DNA of 64,000 bases. Origin: Eledone cirrhosa (Eukaryota). Below the pieces are notes generated by a model, which saw only the letters and a program-made list of their open reading frames with translations, was not told where the DNA came from and did no database searches. Shown piece after piece: positions 1 through 18,000 of the stretch. A program made the translations under genes and the position numbers. Each line of letters opens with the position of its first letter. The first letter of the stretch is position 1. Location: positions 80,662,001 through 80,726,000 of the forward strand of contig OZ024744.1 in the NCBI GenBank assembly GCA_964016885.1, given 5' to 3'.

Positions 1-3000
1 GGATAGGTAATTTATATACACTGGACAGGTAATTTATATACACTGGACAGGAAATTTATATACACTGGACAGGAAATTTATATACACTGGACAGGAAATT
101 TATATACACTGGACAGGTAATTTATATACACTGGACAGGTAATTTATATACACTAGACAGGTAATATATATACACTGGACAGGTAATTTATATACACTGG
201 ACAGGTAATTTATATACACTGGACAGGTAATTTATATACACTGGACAGGTAATTTATATACACTGGACAGGTAATTTATATACACTGGACAGGTAATTTA
301 TATACACTGGACAGGTAATTTATATACACTGGACAGGTAATTTATATACACTGGACAGGTAATTTATATACACTGGACAGGTAATTTATATACACTGGAC
401 ATGTAATTTATATATACTGGACATGTAATTTATATATACTGGACAGGTAATATATATATACACTGGACAGGTAATTTATATACACTGGACAGGTAATTTA
501 TATACACTGGACAGGTAATTTATATACACTGGACAGGTAATTTATATATACTGGACAGGTAATTTATATACACTGGACAGGTAATTTATATACACTGGAC
601 AGGTAATTAATATACACTGAACAGGTAATTTATATATACTGGACAGGTAATTTATATATACTGGACAGGTAATTTATATACACTGGACAGGTAATTTATA
701 TACACTGGACAGGTAATTTATATACACTGGAGAGGTAATTTATATACAATGGACAGGTAATTTATATACACTGGACAGGTAATTTATATATACTGGACAG
801 GTAATTTATATACACTGGACAGGTAATTAATATACATTGGACAGGTAATTTATATACACCGGACAGGTAATATATATATATATACTGGACAGGTAATTAA
901 TATACACTAGACAGATAATTTATATACACAGGACAGGTAATTTATATATACTGGACAGGTAATTTATATATACTGGACAGGTAATTTATATATACTGGAC
1001 AGGTAATTTATATACACAGGTGAGATAATTTATATATATACTGGACAGGTAATTTATATACATTGGACAGGTAATTTATATACACTGGACAGGTAATTTA
1101 TATACACTGGACAGGTAATTTATATACACTGGACAGGTAATTTATATACACTAGACAGGTAATTTATATATACTGGACAGGTAATTTATATACACTGGAC
1201 AGGTAATTTATATACACTGGACAGGTAATATATATATATACTGGACAGGTAATTAATATACACTAGACAGATAATTTATATACACAGGACAGGTAATTTA
1301 TATATACTGGACAGGTAATTTATATATACTGGACAGGTAATTTATATATACTGGACAGGTAATTTATATACACTGGACAGGTAATTTATATACACTGGAC
1401 AGGTAATTTATATACACTGAACAGGTAATTTATATATACTGGACAGGTAATTTATATATACTGGACAGGTAATTTATATACACTGGACAGGTAATTTATA
1501 TACACTGAACAGGTAATTTATATACACAGGTGAGATAATTTATATATATACTGGACAGGTAATTTATATACATTGGACAGGTAATTTATATACACTGGAC
1601 AGGTAATTTATATACACTGGACAGGTAATTTATATACACTGGACAGGTAATATATATATATACTGGACAGGTAATTAATATACACTAGACAGATAATTTA
1701 TATACACAGGACAGGTAATTTATATATACTGGACAGGTAATTTATATATACTGGACAGGTAATTTATATATACTGGACAGGTAATTTATATACACTGGAC
1801 AGGTAATTTATATACACTGAACAGGTAATTTATATATACTGGACAGGTAATTTATATATACTGGACAGGTAATTTATATACACTGGACAGGTAATTTATA
1901 TACACTGGACAGGTAATTTATATACACTGAACAGGTAATTTATATACACAGGTGAGATAATTTATATATATACTGGACAGGTAATTTATATACATTGGAC
2001 AGGTAATTTATATACACTGGACAGGTAATTTATATACACTGGACAGGTAATTTATATACACTGGACAGGTAATTTATATACACTAGACAGGTAATTTATA
2101 TATACTGGACAGGTAATTTATATACACTGGACAGGTAATTTATATACACTGGACAGGTAATATATATATACTGGACAGGTAATATATATATACTGGACAG
2201 GTAATTTATATATACTGGACAGGTAATTTAAATACACTGGACAGGTAATTTATATATACTGGACAGGTAATTTAAATACACTGGACAGGTAATTTATATA
2301 CACTGGACAGGTAATATATATACACTGGACAGGTAATATATTTACACTGGACAGGTAATATATATACACTGGACAGGTAATTTATATATACTGGACAGGT
2401 AATTTATATACACTGGACAGGTAATTTATATATACTGGACAGGTAATTTATATACACTGGACAGGTAATTTATATATATACTGGACAGGTAATTTATATA
2501 TATACTGGACAGGTAATTTATATACACTGGACAGGTAATTAATATACACTGAACAGGTAATTTATATATACTGGACAGGTAATTTATATACACTGGACAG
2601 GTAATTTATATATACTGGACAGGTAATTTATATATATACTGGACAGGTAATTTATATATATACTGGACAGGTAATTTATATACAGTGGACAGGTAATTAA
2701 TATACACTGGACAGGTAATTTATATACACTGGACAGGTAATGTATATACACTGGACAGGTAATTTATATACACTGGACAGGTAATTTATATATACTGGAC
2801 AGGTAATTTATATACACTGGAGAGGTAATTTATATACACTGGAGAGGTAATTTATATACACTGGAGAGGTAATTTATATACACTGGAGAGGTAATTTATA
2901 TACACTGGAGAGGTAATTTATATACACTGGACAGGTAATTTATATACACTGGACAGGTAATTTATATAAACTGGACAGGTAATTTATATACACTGGACAG

Positions 3001-6000
3001 GTAATTTATATACACTGGACAGGTAATTTATATACACTGGACAGGTAATTTATATACACTGGACAGGTAATTTATATACAGTGGACAGGTAATTTATATA
3101 CACTGAACAGGTAATTTATATACAGTGGATAGGTAATTTATATACACTGGACAGAATTTATATACACTGGACAGGTAATTTATATACACTGGAGAGGTAA
3201 TTTATATACACTGGAGAGGTAATTTATATACACTGGAGAGGTAATTTATATACACTGGAGAGGTAATTTATATACACTGGAGAGGTAATTTATATACACT
3301 GGACAGGTAATTTATATACACTGGACAGGTAATTTATATACACTGGACAGGTAATTTATATACACTGGACAGGTAATTTATATACACTGGACAGGTAATT
3401 TATATACACTGGACAGGTAATTTATATACACTGGACAGGTAATTTATATACACTGGACAGGTAATTTATATACACTGGACAGGTAATTTATATACACTGG
3501 ACAGGTAATTTATATACACTGGACAGGTAATTTATATACACTGGACAGGTAATTTATATACACTGGACAGGTAATTTATATACGCTGGAAAGGTAATTTA
3601 TATATACTGGACAGGAAATTTATATATATACTGGACAGGTAATTTATATATACTGGACAGGTAATTTATATATACTGGACAGGTAATTTATATATACTGG
3701 ACAGGTAATTTATATATACAGGACAGGTAATTTATATATACAGGACAGGTAATATATATATACTGGACAGGTAATATATATATACTGGACAGGTAATATA
3801 TATATACTGGACAGGTAATATATATATACTGGACAGGTAATATATATATACTGGACAGGTAATATATATACACTGGACAGGTAATTTATATACACTGGAC
3901 AGGTAATTTATATACACTGGACAGGTAATTTATATACACTGGACAGGTAATTTATATATACAGGACAGGTAATATATATATACTGGACAGGTAATATATA
4001 TACACTGGACAGGTAATATATATATACTGGACAGGTAATATATATATACTGGACAGGTAATATATATATATACTGGACAGGTAATATATATACACTGGAC
4101 AGGTAATATATATATACTGGACAGGTAATTTATATATACTGGACAGGTAATTTATATATACTGGACAGGTAATTAATATATACTGGACTGGTAATATATA
4201 TACACTGGACAGGTGATATATATATACTGGACAGGTAATTTATATATACTGGACAGGTAATTTATATACACTGGACAAGTAATTTCTATACACTGGACAG
4301 GTAATATATATACATTGGACAGGTAATATATATATACTGGACAGGTAATATATATATACTGGACAGGTAATTTATATATACTGGACAGGTAATATATATA
4401 TACTGGACAGGTAATTTATATACACTGGACAGGTAATTTATATACACTGGACAGGTAATTTATATACACTGGACAGGTAATTTATATACACTGGACAGGT
4501 AATTTATATACACTGGACAGGTAATTTATATACACTGGACAGGTAATATATATACACTGGACAGGTAATTTATATATACTGGACAGGTAATTTATATATA
4601 CTGGACAGGTAATTTATATACACTGGACAGGTAATTTATATACACTGGACAGGTAATTTATGTACACTGGACAGGAAATTTATATATATACTGGACAGGT
4701 AATTTATATATACACTGGACAGGTAATTAATATACACTGGACAGGTAATTAATATACACTGGACAGGTAATTAATATAAACTGGACAGGTAATTTATATA
4801 CACTGGACAGGTAATTTATATACACTGGACAGGTAATTTATATACACTGGACAGGTAATTTATATACACTGGACAGGTAATTTATATACACTGGACAGGT
4901 AATTTATATACACTGGACAGGTAATTTATATACACTGGACAGGTAATTTATATACAATGGACAGGTAATTTATATACACTGGACAGGTAATTTATATACA
5001 CTGGACAGGTAATTTATATACACTGGACAGGTAATTTATATACACTGGACAGTTAATTTATATATACTGGACAGGTAATTTATATATACAGTGGACAGGT
5101 AATTTATATATACAGTGGACAGGTAATTTATATATATATTGGACAGGTAATTTATATACACTGGACAGGTAATTTATATACACTGGACAGGTAATTTATA
5201 TACACTGGACAGGTAATTTATATACACTGAACAGGTAATTTATATATACTGGACAGGTAATTTATATACACTGGACAGGTAATTTATATATACTGGACAG
5301 GTAATTTATATATATACTGGACAGGTAATTTATATATATACTGGACAGGTAATTTATATACAGTGGACAGGTAATTAATATACACTGGACAGGTAATTTA
5401 TATACACTGGACAGGTAATGTATATACACTGGACAGGTAATTTATATACACTGGACAGGTAATTTATATACACTGGAGAGGTAATTTATATACACTGGAG
5501 AGGTAATTTATATACACTGGAGAGGTAATTTATATACACTGGAGAGGTAATTTATATACACTGGAGAGGTAATTTATATACACTGGAGAGGTAATTTATA
5601 TACACTGGACAGGTAATTTATATACACTGGACAGGTAATTTATATAAACTGGACAGGTAATTTATATACACTGGACAGGTAATTTATATACACTGGACAG
5701 GTAATTTATATACACTGGACAGGTAATTTATATACACTGGACAGGTAATTTATATACAGTGGACAGGTAATTTATATACACTGAACAGGTAATTTATATA
5801 CAGTGGATAGGTAATTTATATACACTGGACAGAATTTATATACACTGGACAGGTAATTTATATACACTGGAGAGGTAATTTATATACACTGGAGAGGTAA
5901 TTTATATACACTGGAGAGGTAATTTATATACACTGGAGAGGTAATTTATATACACTGGAGAGGTAATTTATATACACTTGACAGGTAATTTATATACACT

Positions 6001-9000
6001 GGACAGGTAATTTATATACACTGGACAGGTAATTTATATACACTGGACAGGTAATTTATATACACTGGACAGGTAATTTATATACACTGGAGAGGTAATT
6101 TATATACACTGGAGAGGTAATTTATATACACTGGAAAGGTAATTTATATATACTGGACAGGAAATTTATATATATACTGGACAGGTAATTTATATATACT
6201 GGACAGGAAATTTATATATACTGGACAGGTAATTTATATATAAAGGACAGGTAATTTATATATACAGGACAGGTAATTTATATATACTGGACAGGTAATA
6301 TATATATACTGGACAGGTAATATATATATACTGGACAGTTAATATATATACACTGGACAGGTAATATATATATACTGGACAGGTAATTTATATATACTGG
6401 ACAGGTAATTTATATATACTGGACAGGTAATTAATATATACTGGACTGGTAATATATATACACTGGACAGGTGATATATATATACTGGACAGGTAATTTA
6501 TATATACTGGACAGGTAATTTATATACACTGGACAAGTAATTTCTATACACTGGACAGGTAATATATATACATTGGACAGGTAATATATATATACTGGAC
6601 AGGTAATATATATATACTGGACAGGTAATTTATATATACTGGACAGGTAATTTATATATACTGGACAGGTAATTTATATACACTGGACAGGTAATTTATA
6701 TACACTGGACAGGTAATTTATATACACTGGACAGGTAATTTATATACACTGGACAGGTAATTTATATACACTGGACAGGTAATTTATATACACTGGACAG
6801 GTAATATATATACACTGGACAGGTAATTTATATATACTGGACAGGTAATTTATATATACTGGACAGGTAATTTATATACACTGGACAGGTAATTTATATA
6901 CACTGGACAGGAAATTTATATATATACTGGACAGGTAATTTATATATACACTGGACAGGTAATTAATATACACTGGACAGGTAATTAATATACACTGGAC
7001 AGGTAATTAATATACACTGGACAGGTAATTTATATAAACTGGACAGGTAATTTATATACACTGGACAGGTAATTTATATACACTGGACAGCTAATTTATA
7101 TACACTGGACAGGTAATTTATATACACTGGACAGGTAATTTATATACACTGGACAGGTAATTTATATACACTGGACAGGTAATTTATATACAATGGACAG
7201 GTAATTTATATACACTGGACAGGTAATTTATATACACTGGACAGGTAATTTATATACACTGGACAGGTAATTTATATACAATGGACAGTTAATTTATATA
7301 TACTGGACAGGTAATTTATATATACAGTGGACAGGTAATTTATATATACAGTGGACAGGTAATTTATATATATATTGGACAGGTAATTTATATACACTGG
7401 ACAGCTAATTTATATACACTGGACAGGTAATTTATATACACTGGACAGGTAATTTATATACACTGGACAGGTAATTTATATACACTGGACAGGTAATTTA
7501 TATACACTGGACAGGTAATTTATATACACTGGACAGGTAATTTATATACACTGGACAGGAAATTTATATATATACTGGACAGGTAATTTATATATATACT
7601 GGACAGGTAATTTATATATATACTGGACAGGTAATTTATATATACAGGACAGGTAAATTATATATACTGGACAGGTGATTTATATACACTGGACAGGTAA
7701 TTTATATGCACTGGACAGGTAATTAATATACACTGGACAGGTAATTAATATACACTGGACAGGTAATTTATATATACTGGACAGGTAATTTATATATACT
7801 GGACAGGTAATTTATATATACTGGATAGGTAATTTATATACACTGGACAGGTAATTTATATACACTGGACAGGTAATTTATATACACTGGACAGGTAATT
7901 TATATACACTGGACAGGTAATTTATATACACTGGACAGGTAATTTATATACACTGGACAGGTAATTTATATACACTGGACAGGTAATTTATATACACTGG
8001 ACAGGTAATTTATATACACTGGACAGGTAATTTATATACACTGGACAGGTAATTTATATACACTGGACAGGTAATTTATATACACTGGACAGATAATTTA
8101 TATATACTGGACAGGTAATTTATATATACACTGGACAGGTAATTTATATATATACTGGACAGGTAATTTATATATATATTGGACAGGTAATTTATATACA
8201 CTGGACAGGTAATTTATATACACTGGACAGGTAATTTATATATATACTGGACAGGTAATTTATATATACTGGACAGGTAAATTATATACACTGGACAGAT
8301 AATTTATATATACTGGACAGGTAATTAATATATACTGGACAGGTAATTTATATACACTGGACAGGTAATTTATATATATACTGGACAAGTAATTTATATA
8401 TACTGGACAGGTAATTTATATACACTGGACAGGTAATTTATATACACTGGACAGGTAATTTATATATACTGGACAGGTAATTAATATATACTGGACAGGT
8501 AATTAATATATACTGGACAGGTAATTTATATATATACTGGACAGGAAATTTATATATACTGGACAGATAATTTATATACACTGGACAGGTAATTAATATA
8601 TACTGGACAGGTAATTTATATACACTGGACAGGTAATTTATATATACTGGACAGGAAATTTTATATACACTGGACAGGTAATTTATATATATACTGAACA
8701 GGTAATTTATATATACTGGACAGGTAATTTATATACACTGGACAGGTAATTTATATACACTGGACAGGTAATTAATATATATACTGGACAGGTAATTTAT
8801 ATATATACTGGACAGGTAATTTATATATATACTGGACAGGTAATTTATATATACTGGACAGGTAATTTATATATATACTGGACAGGTAATTTATATACAC
8901 TGGACAGGTAATTTATATACACTGGACTGGTAATTTATATACACTGGACAGGTAATTTATATACACTGGACAGGAAATTTTATATACACTGGACAGGTAA

Positions 9001-12000
9001 TTTATATATATACTGAACAGGTAATTTATATATACTGGACAGGTAATTTATATACACTGGACAGGTAATTTATATACACTGGACAGGTAATTAATATATA
9101 TACTGGACAGGTAATTTATATATATACTGGACAGGTAATTTATATATATACTGGACAGGTAATTTATATATACTGGACAGGTAATTTATATATATACTGG
9201 ACAGGTAATTTATATACACTGGACAGGTAATTTATATACACTGGACTGGTAATTTATATACACTGGACAGGTAATTTATATACACTGGACAGGTAATTTA
9301 TATACACTGGACAGGTAATTTATATATATACTGGACAGGTAATTTATATATATACTGGACAGGTAATTTATATATATACTGGACAGGTAATTTATATATA
9401 CTGGACAGGTAATTTATATATATACTGGACAGGTAATTTATATACACTGGACAGGTAACATATACACTGGACAGGTAACATATACACTGGACAGGTAATT
9501 TATATACACTGGACAGGTAATTTATACACAGTGGACAGGTAATTTATATACACTGGACAGGTAATTTATATACACTGGACAGGTAATTTATATACACTGG
9601 ACAGGTAATTTATATACACTGGACAGGTAATTTATATACACTGGACAGGTAATTTATATACACTGGACAGGTAATATATATATACTGGACAGGTAATATA
9701 TATATACTGGACAGGTAATATATATATACTGGACAGGTAATATATATACACTGGACAGGTAATTTATATACACTGGACAGGTAATTTATATACACTGGAC
9801 AGGTAATATATATATACTGGACAGGTAATATATATATACTGGACAGGTAATATATATATACTGGACAGGTAATATATATATACTGGACAGGTAATTTATA
9901 TACACTGGACAAGTAATTTCTATACACTGGACAGGTAATATATATACATTGGACAGGTAATATATATACACTGGACAGGTAATTTATATATACTGGACAG
10001 GTAATTTATATATATTGGAAAGGTAATTTATATATACTGGACAGGAAATTTATATACACTGGACAGGTAATTTATATACACTGGACAGGTAATTAATATA
10101 TACACTGGACAGTTAATTAATATATACACTGGACAGGTAATTTATATATACTGGACAGGTAATTTATATACACTGGACAGGTAATTAATATACATTGGAC
10201 AGGTAATTTATATACACAGGACAGGTAATTAATATATACTGGACAGATAATTTATATATACTGGACAGGTAATTTATATATACTGGACAGGTAATTGATA
10301 TACACTGGACAGATAATTTATATATATACTGGACAGGTAATTTATATATACTGGACAGGTAATATATATACACTGGACAGGTAATATATATACACTGGAC
10401 AGGTAATTTATATACACTGGACAGGTAATTTATATACACAGGACAGGTAATTTATATATACTGGACAGGTAATTTATATATACACTGGACAGGTAATTTA
10501 TATATACTGGACAGGTAATTTATATACACTGAACAGGTAATTTATATACACAGGTGAGATAATTTATATATATACTGGACAGGTAATTTATATACACTGG
10601 ACAGGTAATTTATATACACTGGACAGGTAATATATATATACTGGACAGGTAATTTATATATACTGGACAGGTAATTTATATATACTGGACAGGTAATTTA
10701 TATACACTGGACAGGTAATTTATATACACTGGACAGGTAATATATATATACTGGACAGGTAATTTATATATACTGGACAGGTAATTTATATATACTGGAC
10801 AGGTAATTTATATATACTGGACAGGTAATTTATATATACTGGACAGGTAATTTATATATACTGGACAGGTAATTTATATACACTGGACAGGTAATTTATA
10901 TATATTGGACAGGTAATTAATATATACTGGACAGGTAATTTATATACACTGGACAGGTAAATTATATATACTGGACAGGTAATTTATATACACTGGACAG
11001 GTAATTTATATACACTGGACAGGTAATTAATATATACACTGGATAGGTAATTTATATATACTGGACAGGTAATTTATATACACTGGACAGGTAATTAATA
11101 TACATTGGACAGATAATTTATATACACAGGACAGGTAATTATTATATACTGGACAGGTAATTTATATATACTGGACAGGTAATTTATATACACTGGACAG
11201 GTAATTAATATACACTGGACAGATAATTTATATATACTGGACAGGTAATTTATATATACTGGACAGGTAATTTATATACACTGGACAGGTAATTTATATA
11301 CACTGGACAGGTAATTTATATATACTGGACAGGTAATTTATATATACTGGACAGGTAATTTATATATATACTGGACAGGTAATTTATATACACTGGACAG
11401 GTAATTTATATACACTGGACAGGTAATTTATATACACTGAACAGGTAATTTATATACACTGGACAGGTAATTTATATACACTGGACAGGTAATTTATATA
11501 CACTGGACAGGTAATTTATATACACTGGACAGGTAATTTATATACACTGGACAGGTAATTTATATACACTGGACAGGTAATTTATATACACTGGAGAGGT
11601 AATTTATATACACTGGACAGGTAATTTATATACACTGGACAGGTAATTTATATATACTGGACAGGTAATTTATATATACTCGACAGGTAATTTATATACA
11701 CTGGACAGGTAATTAATATATTCACTGGACAGGTAATTTATATATACTGGACAGGTAATTTATATATACTGGACAGGTAATTTATATACACTGGACAGGT
11801 AATTAATATACATTGGACAGGTAATTTATATACACTGGACAGGTAATATATATATATACTGGACAGGTAATTAATATACACTAGACAGATAATTTATATA
11901 CACAGGACAGGTAATTTATATATACTGGACAGGTAATTTATATATACTGGACAGGTAATTTATATATACTGGACAGGTAATTTATATATACTGGACAGGT

Positions 12001-15000
12001 AATTTATATACACTGGACAGGTAATTTATATACACTGGACAGGTAATTTATATACACTGAACAGGTAATTTATATATACTGGACAGGTAATTTATATATA
12101 CTGGACAGGTAATTTATATACACTGGACAGGTAATTTATATACACTGGACAGGTAATATATATATACTGGACAGGTAATTTATATACACTGGACAGGTAA
12201 TTTATATACACTGAACAGGTAATTTATATACACAGGTGAGATAATTTATATATATACTGGACAGGTAATTTATATACATTGGACAGGTAATTTATATACA
12301 CTGGACAGATAATTTATATACACTGGACAGGTAATTTATATACACTGGACAGGTAATTTATATACACTAGACAGGTAATTTATATATACTGGACAGGTAA
12401 TTTATATACACTGGACAGGTAATTTATATACACTGGACAGGTAATATATATATACTGGACAGGTAATATATATATACTGGACAGGTAATTTATATATACT
12501 GGACAGGTAATTTAAATACACTGGACAGGTAATTTATATACACTGGACAGGTAATATATATACACTGGACAGGTAATATATTTACACTGGACAGGTAATA
12601 TATATACACTGGACAGGTAATTTATATATACTGGACAGGTAATTTATATACACTGGACAGGTAATTTATATATACTGGACAGGTAATTTATATACACTGG
12701 ACAGGTAATTTATATATATACTGGACAGGTAATTTATATATATACTGGACAGGTAATTTATATACACTGGACAGGTAATTAATATACACTGAACAGGTAA
12801 TTTATATATACTGGACAGGTAATTTATATACACTGGACAGGTAATTTATATACACTGGACAGGTAATTTATATATACTGGACAGGTAATTTATATATATA
12901 CTGGACAGGTAATTTATATATATACTGGACAGGTAATTTATATATATACTGGACAGGTAATTTATATACAGTGGACAGGTAATTAATATACACTGGACAG
13001 GTAATTTATATACACTGGACAGGTAATGTATATACACTGGACAGGTAATTTATATACACTGGACAGGTAATTTATATAAACTGGACAGGTAATTTATATA
13101 CACTGGAGAGGTAATTTATATACACTGGAGAGGTAATTTATATACACTGGAGAGGTAATTTATATACACTGGAGAGGTAATTTATATACACTGGACAGGT
13201 AATTTATATACACTGGACAGGTAATTTATATAAACTGGACAGGTAATTTATATACACTGGACAGGTAATTTATATACACTGGACAGGTAATTTATATACA
13301 CTGGACAGGTAATTTATATACACTGGACAGGTAATTTATATACAGTGGACAGGTAATTTATATACACTGAACAGGTAATTTATATACAGTGGATAGGTAA
13401 TTTATATACACTGGACAGAATTTATATACACTGGACAGGTAATTTATATACACTGGAGAGGTAATTTATATACACTGGAGAGGTAATTTATATACACTGG
13501 ACAGGTAATATATATACACTGGACAGGTAATATATTTACACTGGACAGGTAATATATATACACTGGACAGGTAATTTATATATACTGGACAGGTAATTTA
13601 TATACACTGGACAGGTAATTTATATATACTGGACAGGTAATTTATATACACTGGACAGGTAATTTATATATATACTGGACAGGTAATTTATATATATACT
13701 GGACAGGTAATTTATATACACTGGACAGGTAATTAATATACACTGAACAGGTAATTTATATATACTGGACAGGTAATTTATATACACTGGACAGGTAATT
13801 TATATACACTGGACAGGTAATTTATATATACTGGACAGGTAATTTATATATATACTGGACAGGTAATTTATATATATACTGGACAGGTAATTTATATATA
13901 TACTGGACAGGTAATTTATATACAGTGGACAGGTAATTAATATACACTGGACAGGTAATTTATATACACTGGACAGGTAATGTATATACACTGGACAGGT
14001 AATTTATATACACTGGACAGGTAATTTATATAAACTGGACAGGTAATTTATATACACTGGAGAGGTAATTTATATACACTGGAGAGGTAATTTATATACA
14101 CTGGAGAGGTAATTTATATACACTGGAGAGGTAATTTATATACACTGGACAGGTAATTTATATACACTGGACAGGTAATTTATATAAACTGGACAGGTAA
14201 TTTATATACACTGGACAGGTAATTTATATACACTGGACAGGTAATTTATATACACTGGACAGGTAATTTATATACACTGGACAGGTAATTTATATACAGT
14301 GGACAGGTAATTTATATACACTGAACAGGTAATTTATATACAGTGGATAGGTAATTTATATACACTGGACAGAATTTATATACACTGGACAGGTAATTTA
14401 TATACACTGGAGAGGTAATTTATATACACTGGAGAGGTAATTTATATACACTGGAGAGGTAATTTATATACACTGGAGAGGTAATTTATATACACTGGAG
14501 AGGTAATTTATATACACTTGACAGGTAATTTATATACACTGGACAGGTAATTTATATACACTGGACAGGTAATTTATATACACTGGACAGGTAATTTATA
14601 TACACTGGACAGGTCATTTATATACACTGGACAGGTCATTTATATACACTGGACAGGTAATTTATATACACTGGAAAGGTAATTTATATATACTGGACAG
14701 GAAATTTATATATATACTGGACAGGTAATTTATATATACTGGACAGGTAATTTATATATACTGGACAGGTAATTTATATATACAGGACAGGTAATATATA
14801 TATACTGGACAGGTAATATATATATACTGGACAGGTAATATATATATACTGGACAGGTAATATATATATACTGGACAGGTAATATATATACACTGGACAG
14901 GTAATATATATACACTGGACAGGTAATTTATATACACTGGACAGGTAATTTATATACACTGGACAGGTAATTTATATACACTGGACAGGTAATTTATATA

Positions 15001-18000
15001 TACAGGACAGGTAATATATATATACTGGACAGGTAATATATATACACTGGACAGGTAATATATATATACTGGACAGGTAATATATATATACTGGACAGGT
15101 AATATATATATACTGGACAGGTAATATATATACACTGGACAGGTAATATATATATACTGGACAGGTAATTTATATATACTGGACAGGTAATTTATATATA
15201 CTGGACAGGTAATTAATATATACTGGACTGGTAATATATATACACTGGACAGGTGATATATATATACTGGACAGGTAATTTATATATACTGGACAGGTAA
15301 TTTATATACACTGGACAAGTAACTTCTATACACTGGACAGGTAATATATATACATTGGACAGGTAATATATATATACTGGACAGGTAATATATATATACT
15401 GGACAGGTAATTTATATATACTGGACAGGTAATATATATATACTGGACAGGTAATTTATATACACTGGACAGGTAATTTATATACACTGGACAGGTAATT
15501 TATATACACTGGACAGGTAATTTATATACACTGGACAGGTAATTTATATACACTGGACAGGTAATTTATATACACTGGACAGGTAATTTATATACACTGG
15601 ACAGGTAATATATATACACTGGACAGGTAATTTATATATACTGGACAGGTAATTTATATATACTGGACAGGTAATTTATATATACTGGACAGGTAATTTA
15701 TATACACTGGACAGGTAATTTATATACACTGGACAGGTAATTTATATACACTGGACAGGAAATTTATATATATACTGGACAGGTAATTTATATATACACT
15801 GGACAGGTAATTAATATACACTGGACAGGTAATTAATATACACTGGACAGGTAATTAATATACACTGGACAGGTAATTAATATACACTGGACAGGTAATT
15901 TATATACACTGGACAGGTAATTTATATACACTGGACAGGTAATTTATATACACTGGACAGGTAATTTATATACACTGGACAGGTAATTTATATACACTGG
16001 ACAGGTAATTTATATACACTGGACAGGTAATTTATATACAATGGACAGGTAATTTATATACACTGGACAGGTAATTTATATACACTGGACAGGTAATTTA
16101 TATACACTGGACAGGTAATTTATATACACTGGACAGTTAATTTATATATACTGGACAGGTAATTTATATATACTGGACAGGTAATTTATATATACAGTGG
16201 ACAGGTAATTTATATATATATTGGACAGGTAATTTATATACACTGGACAGGTAATATATATATACTGGACAGGTAATTTATATATACTGGACAGGTAATT
16301 TATATATACTGGACAGGTAATTTATATATACTGGACAGGTAATTTATATATACTGGACAGGTAATTTATATATACTGGACAGGTAATTTATATATACTGG
16401 ACAGGTAATTTATATACACTGGACAGGTAATTTATATATATTGGACAGGTAATTAATATATACTGGACAGGTAATTTATATACACTGGACAGGTAAATTA
16501 TATATACTGGACAGGTAATTTATATACACTGGACAGGTAATTTATATACACTGGACAGGTAATTAATATATACACTGGATAGGTAATTTATATATACTGG
16601 ACAGGTAATTTATATACACTGGACAGGTAATTAATATACATTGGACAGATAATTTATATACACAGGACAGGTAATTATTATATACTGGACAGGTAATTTA
16701 TATATACTGGACAGGTAATTTATATACACTGGACAGGTAATTAATATACACTGGACAGATAATTTATATATACTGGACAGGTAATTTATATATACTGGAC
16801 AGGTAATTTATATACACTGGACAGGTAATTTATATACACTGGACAGGTAATTTATATATACTGGACAGGTAATTTATATATACTGGACAGGTAATTTATA
16901 TATATACTGGACAGGTAATTTATATACACTGGACAGGTAATTTATATACACTGGACAGGTAATTTATATACACTGGACAGGTAATTTATATACACTGAAC
17001 AGGTAATTTATATACACTGGACAGGTAATTTATATACACTGGACAGGTAATTTATATACACTGGACAGGTAATTTATATACAGTGGACAGGTAATTTATA
17101 TACACTGAACAGGTAATTTATATACAGTGGATAGGTAATTTATATACACTGGACAGAATTTATATACACTGGACAGGTAATTTATATACACTGGAGAGGT
17201 AATTTATATACACTGGAGAGGTAATTTATATACACTGGAGAGGTAATTTATATACACTGGAGAGGTAATTTATATACACTGGAGAGGTAATTTATATACA
17301 CTTGACAGGTAATTTATATACACTGGACAGGTAATTTATATACACTGGACAGGTAATTTATATACACTGGACAGGTAATTTATATACACTGGACAGGTCA
17401 TTTATATACACTGGACAGGTCATTTATATACACTGGACAGGTAATTTATATACACTGGAAAGGTAATTTATATATACTGGACAGGAAATTTATATATATA
17501 CTGGACAGGTAATTTATATATACTGGACAGGTAATTTATATATACTGGACAGGTAATTTATATATACAGGACAGGTAATATATATATACTGGACAGGTAA
17601 TATATATATACTGGACAGGTAATATATATATACTGGACAGGTAATATATATATACTGGACAGGTAATATATATATACTGGACAGGTAATATATATACACT
17701 GGACAGGTAATATATATACACTGGACAGGTAATTTATATACACTGGACAGGTAATTTATATACACTGGACAGGTAATTTATATACACTGGACAGGTAATT
17801 TATATATACAGGACAGGTAATATATATATACTGGACAGGTAATATATATACACTGGACAGGTAATATATATATACTGGACAGGTAATATATATATACTGG
17901 ACAGGTAATATATATATACTGGACAGGTAATATATATACACTGGACAGGTAATATATATATACTGGACAGGTAATTTATATATACTGGACAGGTAATTTA